Source: a virus
Reading direction: 5' to 3' (one strand)
Virus record (IMG/VR): IMGVR_UViG_3300021091_000015
DNA length: 64,000 nt
The notes under the pieces are model-generated. The model searched no databases, was not told where the DNA came from, and saw nothing but the letters and a program-made list of their open reading frames with translations. Both the position numbers and the translations under genes were made by a program. This document shows positions 29,299 through 39,934 of the stretch, piece after piece (positions within the stretch are counted from its first letter, which is position 1; each line of letters opens with the position of its first letter).

Positions 29299-30555
29299 AT
29301 GCCTGATAATAGAAAAATTTTTATACAGATAGCGGCCTACAGGGATAAAGAACTGTTACCAACACTCAAAGATTGTATAAAGAAAGCCAAAAACCCTGAT
29401 AAACTCGTATTTTCCATTGCCTGGCAACACTCAAAAGATGATGAGTGGGATAATTTAGATGAATGGAAATGTGACCCACGATTTAAAATAATCGACATCA
29501 ATCATACAAAAGCTAAAGGTCCGTGTTGGGCGAGACATATCTTACAACAACAATATGATGGTGAAGAGTACACTTTACAATTGGACTCACATCACAGATT
29601 TACAAAAAATTGGGATGAAGAATTAATTATAGAATTAAAAAAATTACAGGAAAAGGGTCATAAAAAACCCATGTTAACGGGATACATACCCTCATACGAA
29701 CCTGAGAACGACCCAAAAGGTCGTTTAGACGTACCATGGAAAATGAACTTTGATAGATTTAGTCCTGATGGTAATATACATTTTCTTCCGGCATCAATTG
29801 ATGATTTTAAAGAAAGAGACGAGCCTGTCAAAGCTAGATTTTATTCCGCTCACTTTTGTTTCACTCTTGGTCAATTTGCGTTAGAAGTACAACATGACCC
29901 CGATTATTATTTTCATGGTGAGGAAATTTCGATATCTGTTAGAGCCTATACCCATGGATATGATTTATTCCATTTACATCGAGTTTTAATATGGCACTAT
30001 TACACTCGTAGGGGTTCCACTAAACAGTGGGATGACGACCCGATATGGCACAAAAGAAATGAGTACAGTCATTATAAAAATAGGAAACTATTTGGTATGG
30101 AGAATGACGGTAAAGAAATTGATTTTGGTGATTTTGGTTTTGGTCCAAATAGAACTCTTGAACAATACGAAAGATATTCGGGTATCTCTTTTAAAAAAAG
30201 AGCGACACAAAGATATACATTAGATTACAACCACCCACCAAATCCATATATTGAAGACCAAATCGAATATGATAATTCATTTACTTCACATTTTAAACAT
30301 TGTATAGATATTGGTTACCATGATGTACCTCATGACGACTACACGTTTTGGGCGGTGTCTTTTAATGATGAAAATGGTAATGAAATTTACAGACAAGACG
30401 CCTCACCTGAAGAAATTCGAATGATGAAAAGAGATGTGGACGGTTACTGTAAACTATGGAGAAGTTTTGAAACGGTAAGTAAACCCGCTAAATGGTATGT
30501 TTGGCCACATTCAGAAAAACATGGTTGGGGTAATAGACTAGAGGGTGTAATTTAA
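29299..30555 (+). CDS. GlcNAc transferase-like glycosyltransferase (Skp1 Gnt1/GT60-like), paralog 1
   Basis: IFIQIAAYRD, LQLDSHHRF..NWD, FHGEE, WHYY. Confidence 0.8.
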   Translation: MPDNRKIFIQIAAYRDKELLPTLKDCIKKAKNPDKLVFSIAWQHSKDDEWDNLDEWKCDPRFKIIDINHTKAKGPCWARHILQQQYDGEEYTLQLDSHHRFTKNWDEELIIELKKLQEKGHKKPMLTGYIPSYEPENDPKGRLDVPWKMNFDRFSPDGNIHFLPASIDDFKERDEPVKARFYSAHFCFTLGQFALEVQHDPDYYFHGEEISISVRAYTHGYDLFHLHRVLIWHYYTRRGSTKQWDDDPIWHKRNEYSHYKNRKLFGMENDGKEIDFGDFGFGPNRTLEQYERYSGISFKKRATQRYTLDYNHPPNPYIEDQIEYDNSFTSHFKHCIDIGYHDVPHDDYTFWAVSFNDENGNEIYRQDASPEEIRMMKRDVDGYCKLWRSFETVSKPAKWYVWPHSEKHGWGNRLEGVI

Positions 30556-30563
30556 TAAAATAT

Positions 30564-31832
30564 ATGGAAAAAATATTAGTTCATTTACCAGCATATAGGG
30601 AACCTGAGTTATTACCTACAATAAAAAGTGCGTTAGAAAACGCCCAGTTTCCCGAAAGAATTCACTTTGGTATTTGTCGACAATTTAACCCCGAGGATGG
30701 TTTTGATAATGTTGATGAGTATAGAGATGACCCACGATTTAAAATAAAAGACATTCATTATACCGAAGCAAAAGGTTTAGCGTATGCACGTTCTGTCATT
30801 AATGAAGAATTGTTAACCGATGAAGATTTTGTTTGTCAATTAGACTCTCATCATAGATTTTCTGAGAATTGGGATTCTAAATTGATTGGTTGGTATCACG
30901 AATTAAAGGAGGATGGACATAATCCACTTATTTGTGGTTATTTACCTTACTATGACCCGTTTAATGACCCTGAAAAAAGAGTTCACGAACCTTGGTTCTC
31001 AAGAGCTGAATGTTTTTACCCACATGGTACAATATTCATAAGACCTGCCGGTGTTCGTGGTGGTTGGCAAGACTTGACAAAACCATATCCCGCCAGATTC
31101 TTAAGTGGTCATTTTTGTTTTGGTCCTAATAAATGGGCTAAAGAAGTTAGGCACGACCCAAATATCTTTTTTGCTGGTGAAGAAATCAATCTTTCGGTTC
31201 GGAGTTTTACACATGGATACGATTTGTTTCACCCACATCAAGTTGTTATATGGCACGCAACCATGAGAGAAGAACGCGCTGGTAAATTGGTATGGGATGA
31301 CCAACATAAACGGGGTGAAAGTATGTGGTGGAAAGGTAATGACGTTGCTCGTTCAAGAATTAGACAACTATTGTGCACTGAGGATAATGGTCACGATTTA
31401 GGACCATATGGGTTGGGAACTGATAGGACTATTCGTGACTATGAAAAATATGCGGGTATTCATTTCAAGAAAAGAGCGTTTCAAAAGTGGACAATTGACG
31501 ATAAATTCCCACCTAATCCACAATTTGATACAGAGGAAGAGTGGGAGGAATCATTTATGAAATCATTTTACTATTTAGTTAATATTGATAGAAATGACCT
31601 ACCTGAAAATGATTATGATTTTATATTGGTAGCGTATGATGATGAAAATGGGTTATCAATATTTAACAAGTACATTGATGGTCATAATTTACAAAAATTT
31701 TTAAATGGTGATGGACCAATTCACTACGAAGAAATGTTTTTGATTGAAAAAGAACCAAAAAGAGTCGTTTATTGGGCTCACTCACCTGAAAGAGGATGGG
31801 TAGAAAGAAAAGAAATAAATTTAAATAATTAA
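30564..31832 (+). CDS. GlcNAc transferase-like glycosyltransferase, paralog 2
   Basis: AYRE, QLDSHHRF..NWD, FAGEE; colinear with 29299. Confidence 0.8.
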   Translation: MEKILVHLPAYREPELLPTIKSALENAQFPERIHFGICRQFNPEDGFDNVDEYRDDPRFKIKDIHYTEAKGLAYARSVINEELLTDEDFVCQLDSHHRFSENWDSKLIGWYHELKEDGHNPLICGYLPYYDPFNDPEKRVHEPWFSRAECFYPHGTIFIRPAGVRGGWQDLTKPYPARFLSGHFCFGPNKWAKEVRHDPNIFFAGEEINLSVRSFTHGYDLFHPHQVVIWHATMREERAGKLVWDDQHKRGESMWWKGNDVARSRIRQLLCTEDNGHDLGPYGLGTDRTIRDYEKYAGIHFKKRAFQKWTIDDKFPPNPQFDTEEEWEESFMKSFYYLVNIDRNDLPENDYDFILVAYDDENGLSIFNKYIDGHNLQKFLNGDGPIHYEEMFLIEKEPKRVVYWAHSPERGWVERKEINLNN

Positions 31833-31836
31833 AAAA

Positions 31837-32580
31837 ATGAGCAAATTTACAGAAGTATTAAAAGCATGTAGTAATTTTAAAAAAACAACATACTATTGGG
31901 ACCACAATATTTTAACGCACGAGGAAAATAGTATTAGAAATTACCCCGCACCTTGGATTACAAAAACCGTAGAGTTATTGAAAATAATTGAAGGTAATGT
32001 TATCGTTGAAATTGGTTCAACAAGAAGAGAATTGACTCAGAGTTGTATTTCTTATCATAATAACTCAATGAAATTGGAAAGTAAAGACGCTCCCCCATGT
32101 TGTCAAGATGGTCATTCAACTTATTTTTGGGTTAGAGAAGGTTTTGAAGTACATACGGTTGATATCGACCAAATGTGTAAACAAGAAATTGAGAGTTCTT
32201 ATGAACATCACATTAAAGAACCAATACCAAGTAATTTACATATGCACATTCCACATGATGGTATTGAGTTTTTGAAAAATTTCAATAAGAAAATTGATTT
32301 ATTATTTTTAGATGGTTGGGATGTGGGTACTGATAATTTTGCTGAGAAACATTTAGAGGCGTTTATGGCCGCGAAAGATAAATTGGCTGACAATCATCTG
32401 ATTTCAATTGATGACACCGATTTTGATACGGATTTAGGTGGAAAAGACAAATACCTTACACCATATCTATTAGAAAACGGATATATCAAAGTTCTATGGG
32501 GTAGACAAACTGTTTTTGTAAAAAATTCTGATTTAGAAAATAATAAAACGGGTCTTTTTTCTAAATTATTTGGTAATTAA
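31837..32580 (+). CDS. Class I SAM-dependent methyltransferase
   Basis: IVEIGS, TVDID, IDLLFLDG, IDD. Confidence 0.7.
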   Translation: MSKFTEVLKACSNFKKTTYYWDHNILTHEENSIRNYPAPWITKTVELLKIIEGNVIVEIGSTRRELTQSCISYHNNSMKLESKDAPPCCQDGHSTYFWVREGFEVHTVDIDQMCKQEIESSYEHHIKEPIPSNLHMHIPHDGIEFLKNFNKKIDLLFLDGWDVGTDNFAEKHLEAFMAAKDKLADNHLISIDDTDFDTDLGGKDKYLTPYLLENGYIKVLWGRQTVFVKNSDLENNKTGLFSKLFGN

Positions 32581-33614
32581 TGTCGTCAATCAAAAAAATA
32601 GAATTTTATTTAGATTTTCCTCAAGTTACGGGGGTTGACGGGTTTAGTGAATTCGACGCAGACGATATTAAAAATCCCGACATTACATACGATGGTGTAG
32701 AATATATGCATCAAATATGTCCCATAGAAATTCTTAGAAGTTTAATTAAAAAATATCCAGAAATTGAATTCATACCAATTAATACAAGATTAATAAACAA
32801 AGATTGTTGTTGCCCCGCATATGGTATTGCCACACCTGTCATAAAAAATCCAAAAACGGGAAAGTTTATGATAATATCGTATTGCGATAGGGGGTATTAT
32901 ATAACAAAGGGCGAATCGCCTTGGGGTTGGGATTTAGATAATTGTGTTGATGTGTTTCAACCTGTGGGCATTAATTTTGATGTCGTACATTATAAACCAA
33001 TGATACCATTTGATTGTACCGATGAAGAGGGGTATAAAAAAAATTGTTTGGAATATGTCTACACACCGTGTACCATGTCAACATATTTTAAAAGTGGTAT
33101 GATTGAAATTGAAAAGTTATACAATAGGGTCGATAGGAAAATACCCGAAAAATTGTTTTTAAGAGGTGGTAATGCCCCGTTTAGGGAATACTTGAGACAT
33201 TTTGATGATAGGTTTAACATTTTTTATCCCGATAGGTTAACGGGTGATGAATTTATGATAGAACTTTCACAATATTCTATCATTATGGACGTAAACTCAG
33301 TGGTAGAAATATCAGGTCGTTTAATTGACGGTATGGGTTTGGGTTGTGCGGTTATAAGACCTGAATTAGCTATTCAATATCATAATAAATTGATTCCTAA
33401 TTATCATTATGCTAAAGTTGATTGTGATGATTTGTCTGATTTTCCCAGATTAGCGAACGCTTATATTGAAAAATTTGAAGAATTAAAAAACAAACCGAAA
33501 TTGGTAGAATTTATTGGTCAAAATGGTAGAAAATGGTATGAGGAAAATTCAAGATTAGATTCTTATTCAAAACTATTTGTTGATGAATTAATAAACTTAG
33601 ATAAACTTTTATAG
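32580..33614 (+). CDS. Glycosyltransferase (GT-B, GT90/CgeB-like C-terminus)
   Basis: LFLRG...R; LIPNYHY; IGQNGRKWY. Confidence 0.6.
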   Translation: MSSIKKIEFYLDFPQVTGVDGFSEFDADDIKNPDITYDGVEYMHQICPIEILRSLIKKYPEIEFIPINTRLINKDCCCPAYGIATPVIKNPKTGKFMIISYCDRGYYITKGESPWGWDLDNCVDVFQPVGINFDVVHYKPMIPFDCTDEEGYKKNCLEYVYTPCTMSTYFKSGMIEIEKLYNRVDRKIPEKLFLRGGNAPFREYLRHFDDRFNIFYPDRLTGDEFMIELSQYSIIMDVNSVVEISGRLIDGMGLGCAVIRPELAIQYHNKLIPNYHYAKVDCDDLSDFPRLANAYIEKFEELKNKPKLVEFIGQNGRKWYEENSRLDSYSKLFVDELINLDKLL

Positions 33615-34243
33615 TGAATTATAAAAAATATGAAAAAATATGGGTAATCGGTGATTCGCATTCAAACACTTTTCATATTGGTCACCCAAAAATAGGGACA
33701 CTAAACGTTGGACCAATAACCATGCATAGAGTTGGTAGAGATGGTTTAGAAGAAAACTTTGATAACTATTACATTCCGAGAGGTGAAGTTTCAAGAGAAG
33801 GTTTGTGGGTGTTGGCGTTTGGTGAAATAGATTGTCGATGTCATTTATGGAATCAGATTAATGTGAACGGTAGAAATGAAGATGAAGTAATAAACACATT
33901 AGTTTCAAACTATTTTGAATCAATTAAAAACGCAAATTATCATGAAATTGCAATAATGAGTGTCGTTCCCACAATAAGGTATCTCACAGGTAATTATGAC
34001 CATAGTCGATTCCAAGAACAATACCCTGTAATTGGATTAGACAGTGATAGATTACGTTACGTTCAAAAAATAAATGATTTATTAAAAGAAAAATGTAAAG
34101 AAAATAACTACCCATACATTGATGTACATTCATTATACTGTGATAACGAAGGTTACATGGTAAAAGAATGGTCAGATGGTGAAGTACATATAACTGATAG
34201 AGATAGACTATTTGATTTTTTTGAAAAAATGGGATTACTATAA
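33614..34243 (+). CDS. SGNH/GDSL hydrolase (possible acyl transferase/esterase)
   Basis: IGDSH, GEIDCR, DGEVH. Confidence 0.75.
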   Translation: MNYKKYEKIWVIGDSHSNTFHIGHPKIGTLNVGPITMHRVGRDGLEENFDNYYIPRGEVSREGLWVLAFGEIDCRCHLWNQINVNGRNEDEVINTLVSNYFESIKNANYHEIAIMSVVPTIRYLTGNYDHSRFQEQYPVIGLDSDRLRYVQKINDLLKEKCKENNYPYIDVHSLYCDNEGYMVKEWSDGEVHITDRDRLFDFFEKMGLL

Positions 34244-34260
34244 TTAAAGATAAAGAAAAA

Positions 34261-35046
34261 ATGATTGAGCAATTAAAATTATACGACGTTAAGTCACCCA
34301 AAGTTAGATTGGGAAATGAATGGGATGGTGGTTATGTTGCTCCCCAAATAATATTAGATTCAAGTGCAGCATTATTCTCTTATGGAGTTGGTTCTGATAT
34401 TTCATTTGAAATTGATTACGTAAGAAAAACTAATAAACCTTCATTCTCATATGACCACACAGTGGAAGGTGCGGGTATTCCTCATGATTTACAACACCTA
34501 ATGGTGTTTAAAAAAGAGGGTTTGTCTTACCAAAAAGAAACCGATTTAGATACATTCTTTGCTCACTATGAACAGAGTGGCATTAAAGAACAAGTTTTTT
34601 TAAAAATGGATATTGAGGGTGCAGAATTCCCCTTCTTTTTAAATTCTGATATAAAAAGATTATCAGAAATCGTAACGGGAATTGTTGTGGAGTTTCACCC
34701 AATTGACAACCCAAGATTACTACAAGAGTATTTTGACGTACTTAAAAAAATTAACGAATATTTTTATCATTGTCATATTCATTGTAACAATTATGCGGGT
34801 TCATCTCCATACTCAGAATATGGACTTGATATTACTTTACCACACATATTGGAAATGACGTTCATAAATAAAACACTGGTCGCGAATAATAAGTCGACTC
34901 TAAGTAGATTTTTAGACACTTTTAAAAGTGGTAAAAAAGTTGATTTAGATATGAACAATTACCCAAATCCCGAATATGATAGAAAAAACGATTTAAATAG
35001 ACCCGAACATTCTTTAGATTTTATAAAATTAATAAACAAACTATAA
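34261..35046 (+). CDS. FkbM-like methyltransferase
   Basis: DGGY, SYGVG..ISFE, LKMDIEGAE, VEFH. Confidence 0.8.
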   Translation: MIEQLKLYDVKSPKVRLGNEWDGGYVAPQIILDSSAALFSYGVGSDISFEIDYVRKTNKPSFSYDHTVEGAGIPHDLQHLMVFKKEGLSYQKETDLDTFFAHYEQSGIKEQVFLKMDIEGAEFPFFLNSDIKRLSEIVTGIVVEFHPIDNPRLLQEYFDVLKKINEYFYHCHIHCNNYAGSSPYSEYGLDITLPHILEMTFINKTLVANNKSTLSRFLDTFKSGKKVDLDMNNYPNPEYDRKNDLNRPEHSLDFIKLINKL

Positions 35047-35047
35047 C

Positions 35048-35899
35048 ATGATTTACATTTCACTTACAACAGTACCTAAAAGAATAAATCTTTGGGATTC
35101 ATTTAAAGAAAATCTGACCTCTCTTTTGAATCAGAAGACAGATAAAGATTACAAAGTATTGTTAAATATACCATACAAGTATAAAAATAATAACGATGAA
35201 GAATACATCATCTCAAATGACTTAATTGATTTTGTAAATAAAAATTCTAAATTAATAATTAATCGCGTTGAGAAAGATTATGGTCCCGTGGTTAAAATTA
35301 CAGGAGCGTTACTCTATATCACAAATCCCGACGACATAATGATTGTTTGTGATGATGACCATGTTTACCACGAAGACATGTTAGAATACCATTTAAAAAA
35401 GATGTCTCAATACCCTGAAGCTATGATTTGTTTCAGGGGTGATAATTGTATTGAAAAAAGAGAGTGGTTAGACAGTGATGGTATTGTTAAATATACCTTA
35501 AGTCCTACACATTTTTATTTCCCAATAAAATACGATGGTCAAGTTATTCAACCCGGTCATTGGCATTCGGTATCTTATCTAAGAAATTACTTTAGTGATG
35601 ATTTTATGGATGAATCATTTTTATCCATGGCAACAAATGATGATGTATTAACAGGTTATTATTTTAGATTAAGGGAAAGACCATATATTGTTGCAACTTG
35701 GGAAAATGAGACGGACTGGAGGTCTGTAAACAATAATGGAAGAGGTTCACATTCTTTCCCAATCGTAAGACAGATATTATTTCCTGATTCGGGATTTAAT
35801 GAGTTTAGAGCTCAATGCGGTCACCATATGGGTTATATGCATGATAGAATTTTTGATGAATTTACCCAAAATAACAATAAAATTTACACTCAAAAATAA
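35048..35899 (+). CDS. GT-A glycosyltransferase, paralog 1
   Basis: SLTTVPKR, DYGP..K, CDDD. Confidence 0.75.
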   Translation: MIYISLTTVPKRINLWDSFKENLTSLLNQKTDKDYKVLLNIPYKYKNNNDEEYIISNDLIDFVNKNSKLIINRVEKDYGPVVKITGALLYITNPDDIMIVCDDDHVYHEDMLEYHLKKMSQYPEAMICFRGDNCIEKREWLDSDGIVKYTLSPTHFYFPIKYDGQVIQPGHWHSVSYLRNYFSDDFMDESFLSMATNDDVLTGYYFRLRERPYIVATWENETDWRSVNNNGRGSHSFPIVRQILFPDSGFNEFRAQCGHHMGYMHDRIFDEFTQNNNKIYTQK

Positions 35900-35902
35900 A
35901 TT

Positions 35903-36748
35903 ATGTCAATTCTGAATACAATTAAAAATTTAATTATGAAACATAAGAGAAGAGTTATCGTAACATTAACAACAATCCCATCAAGACTTTCGGCGGAATA
36001 TGATACAGGGATAAAAAGTAATATTAAATCATTAATAGAACAAGAATATAATGGTGAATATGAAATACATTTAAACGTACCGTCTGTAAGTAAATTAACC
36101 GGTGAACCTTACGTTATACCAGAATGGATGAAAGAGTTGTCACAACAACATCCTAAATTTAAAATTTTTGAAGGTTTAGATGATTTAGGTACTATGACAA
36201 AGTTAGTTCCCACCTTAAAAAGAGTTACCGAAAGAGACGCTATTTTGATTGTATGTGATGATGATTTAGTTTATCACCCCAAGATGGTTGAAGAACAAGT
36301 TAAAAATCAAGAAACCTATACTGACACCGCTTGTGGATATGATGGAAGTAGATGTGAGAACCCGAGTGATTTTGATGATGTTAGAAACACTTTTGTTGTT
36401 TCCGTTTATAAAGACGTGTATGTAAAATTTTTACAACACTATAAAACAATTTCTTATCAAAGATATTTTTTCCAAGATGATTTATATAAGGAGTTTATGG
36501 ACGTATCATGGAATGATGACGTATCATTTTCTGCATACATGGGTAAACATGGATTTAAGAAATTGGTTAGATTTTACAGTGACGAAGAACCACTTATCAC
36601 CATTGAACAATGGAGAGAAAAAGGTGGTGTCACCACATTTCCAGTAATCAGACATACAACACACGAAGGTATCGAGGGTTGTAACATACACAGGAATCAA
36701 AATATTGACGACAACCACATGAGATTTATTCAATTAGGTTGGATGTAA
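35903..36748 (+). CDS. GT-A glycosyltransferase, paralog 2
   Basis: TLTTIPSR, DLG..K, CDDD, NDD. Confidence 0.75.
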   Translation: MSILNTIKNLIMKHKRRVIVTLTTIPSRLSAEYDTGIKSNIKSLIEQEYNGEYEIHLNVPSVSKLTGEPYVIPEWMKELSQQHPKFKIFEGLDDLGTMTKLVPTLKRVTERDAILIVCDDDLVYHPKMVEEQVKNQETYTDTACGYDGSRCENPSDFDDVRNTFVVSVYKDVYVKFLQHYKTISYQRYFFQDDLYKEFMDVSWNDDVSFSAYMGKHGFKKLVRFYSDEEPLITIEQWREKGGVTTFPVIRHTTHEGIEGCNIHRNQNIDDNHMRFIQLGWM

Positions 36749-36757
36749 AAAAACATT

Positions 36758-37897
36758 ATGAAAAAAATATGGTACGCACCTAATAAGTTTGAGTCATATG
36801 GTGAGGAGGAAATACAAGCGGTTGTTAATTGTTTAAGAGATGGTTGGATTGCCGGATTTGGACCTAAAACGATTGAATTTGAAGAAAGAATTAGTCGTTT
36901 TTTTGGTAAAAAATTCGGTGTTTTTGTGAACAGCGGTTCGTCCGCCTGTTTATTATCATTAGCTTGTTTACAATTAAACAAGGGAACTAAGGTGATTACA
37001 CCCTCTTGTACATTTTCAACAACTTTAGCACCTATAATTCAATTAGGTTTAATACCTGTATTTTGTGATGTTGGTATAAACTCTTATGTACCAACTGTAA
37101 GTGAAATAATTTCTTTGGTTGATAATGAAGTTAAAGTCATTATGCTACCAAATCTTATTGGTAACAAACCCAATTGGAAATTATTAAAAGAATGTTTAAT
37201 CGAAATTGGTAGAGGGGATATTATTTTAATTGAGGATTCTGCTGACACTATAACTCACACATTAGAATCGGACATCTCAACAACAAGTTTTTACGCTAGT
37301 CATGTGATTACAGCTGGTGGTTCGGGGGGTATGGTTATGTTCAATGACACCAAATTAAGAGACGTATGCTTACAATACAGAGATTGGGGAAGGTTAGGAG
37401 ATAATTCTGAAATAATGTCTGACAGATTTAACCATTCTGTTGACGGAATTCCTTACGACCACAAATTCTTGTATTCGGTGTTGGGTTATAATTTTAAAAG
37501 TTCGGAAATGAATGCGGCATTTGGTTTAGTACAATTAGATAGATTTAAAAATTTTGAACAAATAAGACGAAATAATATAGAAAGATACATTAATAATTTA
37601 AGAGGTGTTGGTGACATTATTTTACCCGATGATTCAATAAAACCCAATTGGTTGGCTATCCCACTACAAAGTGAGTACAGGTACGATTTACTTCATTTCT
37701 TAGAGGAAAATAATATACAAACAAGAGTAACTTTTGCTGGTAATGTTACAAGACATCCAGCGTATAGAAATTATTTAAAGTCATTTAAAAACTCAGACAT
37801 GATTATGAGAAATGGGTTTTTACTTGGTGCACACCATGGGATGAATATTGATGATGTTGATTACGTGACAGATAAAATTATAAAATTTTTTAATTAA
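36758..37897 (+). CDS. DegT-family PLP enzyme, RfbH/ColD-like NDP-4-keto-6-deoxyhexose 3-dehydratase
   Basis: VNSGSSA, EDSAD, SFYASHVITAGG with His at the usual Schiff-base Lys; RDWGR, YDHKF, GYN. Confidence 0.8.
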   Translation: MKKIWYAPNKFESYGEEEIQAVVNCLRDGWIAGFGPKTIEFEERISRFFGKKFGVFVNSGSSACLLSLACLQLNKGTKVITPSCTFSTTLAPIIQLGLIPVFCDVGINSYVPTVSEIISLVDNEVKVIMLPNLIGNKPNWKLLKECLIEIGRGDIILIEDSADTITHTLESDISTTSFYASHVITAGGSGGMVMFNDTKLRDVCLQYRDWGRLGDNSEIMSDRFNHSVDGIPYDHKFLYSVLGYNFKSSEMNAAFGLVQLDRFKNFEQIRRNNIERYINNLRGVGDIILPDDSIKPNWLAIPLQSEYRYDLLHFLEENNIQTRVTFAGNVTRHPAYRNYLKSFKNSDMIMRNGFLLGAHHGMNIDDVDYVTDKIIKFFN

Positions 37898-38844
37898 TGA
37901 AGGTAGTTTACATAACAGGTTGTTTAGGTTTTATTGGTTCTCATATTACAAGAGAATGTCTGAATTTAGGGTGGTATGTTATGGGTGTTGATAAAATGAC
38001 ATATGCATCAAATAAAGAATTATTAAAAGAATTTAATGAATATAAAAATTTCACATTTGTTAAAAGTGATATTAATGATTTAAAATTTTTATATGATTGT
38101 GACTATGTGATTAATACCGCAGCAGAAACCCACGTTGGTAATTCAATATCAAATAGTAATGAATTTGTCTCAAGTAATATTAATGGTGTCCATAATTTAT
38201 TGGAATTAATTAGAACATATCGTTTAGAAACGTCAAAGACACCTGTTTTATTACATTTTAGTACCGATGAGGTATATGGTGATATACTTAATGGTGAACA
38301 CAATGAAGATGATATCTTAAAACCAAGTAATCCTTATTCTGCAACCAAATCAGCCGCAGACCAATTAATAGTTGCGTGGGGTAGGACGTATAACTTACCA
38401 TATGTAATTATTCGACCAACAAACAATTATGGTGTTGGTCAATACGTTGAAAAACTTATACCAAAAACTTGCAAATATCTAATATTAGGTAGAAAAATAC
38501 CTTTACATAACAATGGTTTCCCAATTAGAAATTGGTTACACGCTGAAGATACTGCAAGGGCCGTAATAACAATAATAAATTCAAATAGAGTAAATGAGAT
38601 TTTTAATATCTCATCAAATTACGAACAGACAAATTACGAAACCGTGAGTAAAATAGTGAAAATTTACCATGGTAAAGACGACCCAAATGATTTTATTGAT
38701 TTAACATATTCCAGACCCGGTATGGATATGAGATATTCATTAAACGATTCTAAAATGAGGTCATTAGGTTGGACACCATTGAAAAATTTTGATGATGAAA
38801 TAATAAAAATAGTAGAATATTATAAAAATAAATTTATATGGTAG
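37897..38844 (+). CDS. rfbB: dTDP-glucose 4,6-dehydratase
   Basis: TGCLGFIG, DKMTYA, AAETHV, STDEVYG, PSNPYSATK, NNYG..Q..EKLIP. Confidence 0.85.
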   Translation: MKVVYITGCLGFIGSHITRECLNLGWYVMGVDKMTYASNKELLKEFNEYKNFTFVKSDINDLKFLYDCDYVINTAAETHVGNSISNSNEFVSSNINGVHNLLELIRTYRLETSKTPVLLHFSTDEVYGDILNGEHNEDDILKPSNPYSATKSAADQLIVAWGRTYNLPYVIIRPTNNYGVGQYVEKLIPKTCKYLILGRKIPLHNNGFPIRNWLHAEDTARAVITIINSNRVNEIFNISSNYEQTNYETVSKIVKIYHGKDDPNDFIDLTYSRPGMDMRYSLNDSKMRSLGWTPLKNFDDEIIKIVEYYKNKFIW

Positions 38845-39461
38845 AGCTAAAGAAACGAATAGTTGAAATCGCCTATAAACATAAATTAGGTCATCTTGGT
38901 AGTTATTTCTCAGCACTAGAAATAATTGATAGTATCTATCAAAAAATGAATAAAGATGATATATTCATCTTATCATCAGGCCATGCCGCATTAGCATTAT
39001 ACGTTTGCTTGGAAAAATATAGAGGACAAGATGCTGAAGCATTATTTTTAAAACATGGTGGACACCCACATTGGGATGAAGAAGCGGGTATATGTTGCTC
39101 AACAGGTAGTTTGGGTTTAGGTATTACTATTGCCCTAGGAAGAGCAATTGCTAATCTAAATAGAAAAGTATATGTGTTATTAAGTGATGGTGAGTGTGCT
39201 GAAGGTAGTGTTTGGGAATCTCTTAAAACCATAGTTGAACAAAACATTACAAACATTGAGGTACATGTTAACGTAAATGGATATGCAGCTTATAGAGAAG
39301 TAGACGTTGAATATTTGACAAATAGATTAAAATCATTTCTATCTAATATTAATATCCATTACACTACAGTAGAACATTTTTCATTTCTTAAAGGATTAAA
39401 TGCTCACTACCATATAATGAAAGAAAATGATTACCAAACAGCATTAGAACAATTATTATGA
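38838..39461 (+). CDS. Transketolase-like, N-terminal ThDP-binding subunit
   Basis: GHLGS, LSSGH, STGSLG.G, SDGECAEG..WE. Confidence 0.85.
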   Translation: MVELKKRIVEIAYKHKLGHLGSYFSALEIIDSIYQKMNKDDIFILSSGHAALALYVCLEKYRGQDAEALFLKHGGHPHWDEEAGICCSTGSLGLGITIALGRAIANLNRKVYVLLSDGECAEGSVWESLKTIVEQNITNIEVHVNVNGYAAYREVDVEYLTNRLKSFLSNINIHYTTVEHFSFLKGLNAHYHIMKENDYQTALEQLL

Positions 39462-39934
39462 GACGAGAATTTGCTAAATTATTGCTTAATGAAATGAAAT
39501 CTAATCCTGATATTTATCTTATTACAGGTGATTTAGGTTATGGTTTATGGGATGACATTATGAATATATTTCCTGATAGATTTTTTAATGTGGGGTCATC
39601 TGAAATGGCTATGATGGGCATAGCTATTGGACTAGCGATGGAAAATAAAATACCATTTGTATATTCAATTACACCGTTTGCTATTTATAGACCATTTGAA
39701 ATGATTAGAAATTACGTTAATCATGAAAATATTCCTGTAAAGATATTAGGTGGTGGTAGAAATGAAGATTATGGTTATTTAGGATTCTCACATTGGGCTA
39801 GTGAAGATTTAGCTGCTCTAAGCATATTTGAAAATCTTAAATTATTTAAACCACATACTCAGGATGAATTAGAAAATGATTTTAATTTTGCTGTTAATAA
39901 TAATTCTCCTGTTTATATTAATTTAAAAAAATGA
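39458..39934 (+). CDS. Transketolase-like, pyrimidine-binding subunit
   Basis: GDLG, NVG.SE, AIGLA, R.FE.IR, G.SH. Confidence 0.85.
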   Translation: MRREFAKLLLNEMKSNPDIYLITGDLGYGLWDDIMNIFPDRFFNVGSSEMAMMGIAIGLAMENKIPFVYSITPFAIYRPFEMIRNYVNHENIPVKILGGGRNEDYGYLGFSHWASEDLAALSIFENLKLFKPHTQDELENDFNFAVNNNSPVYINLKK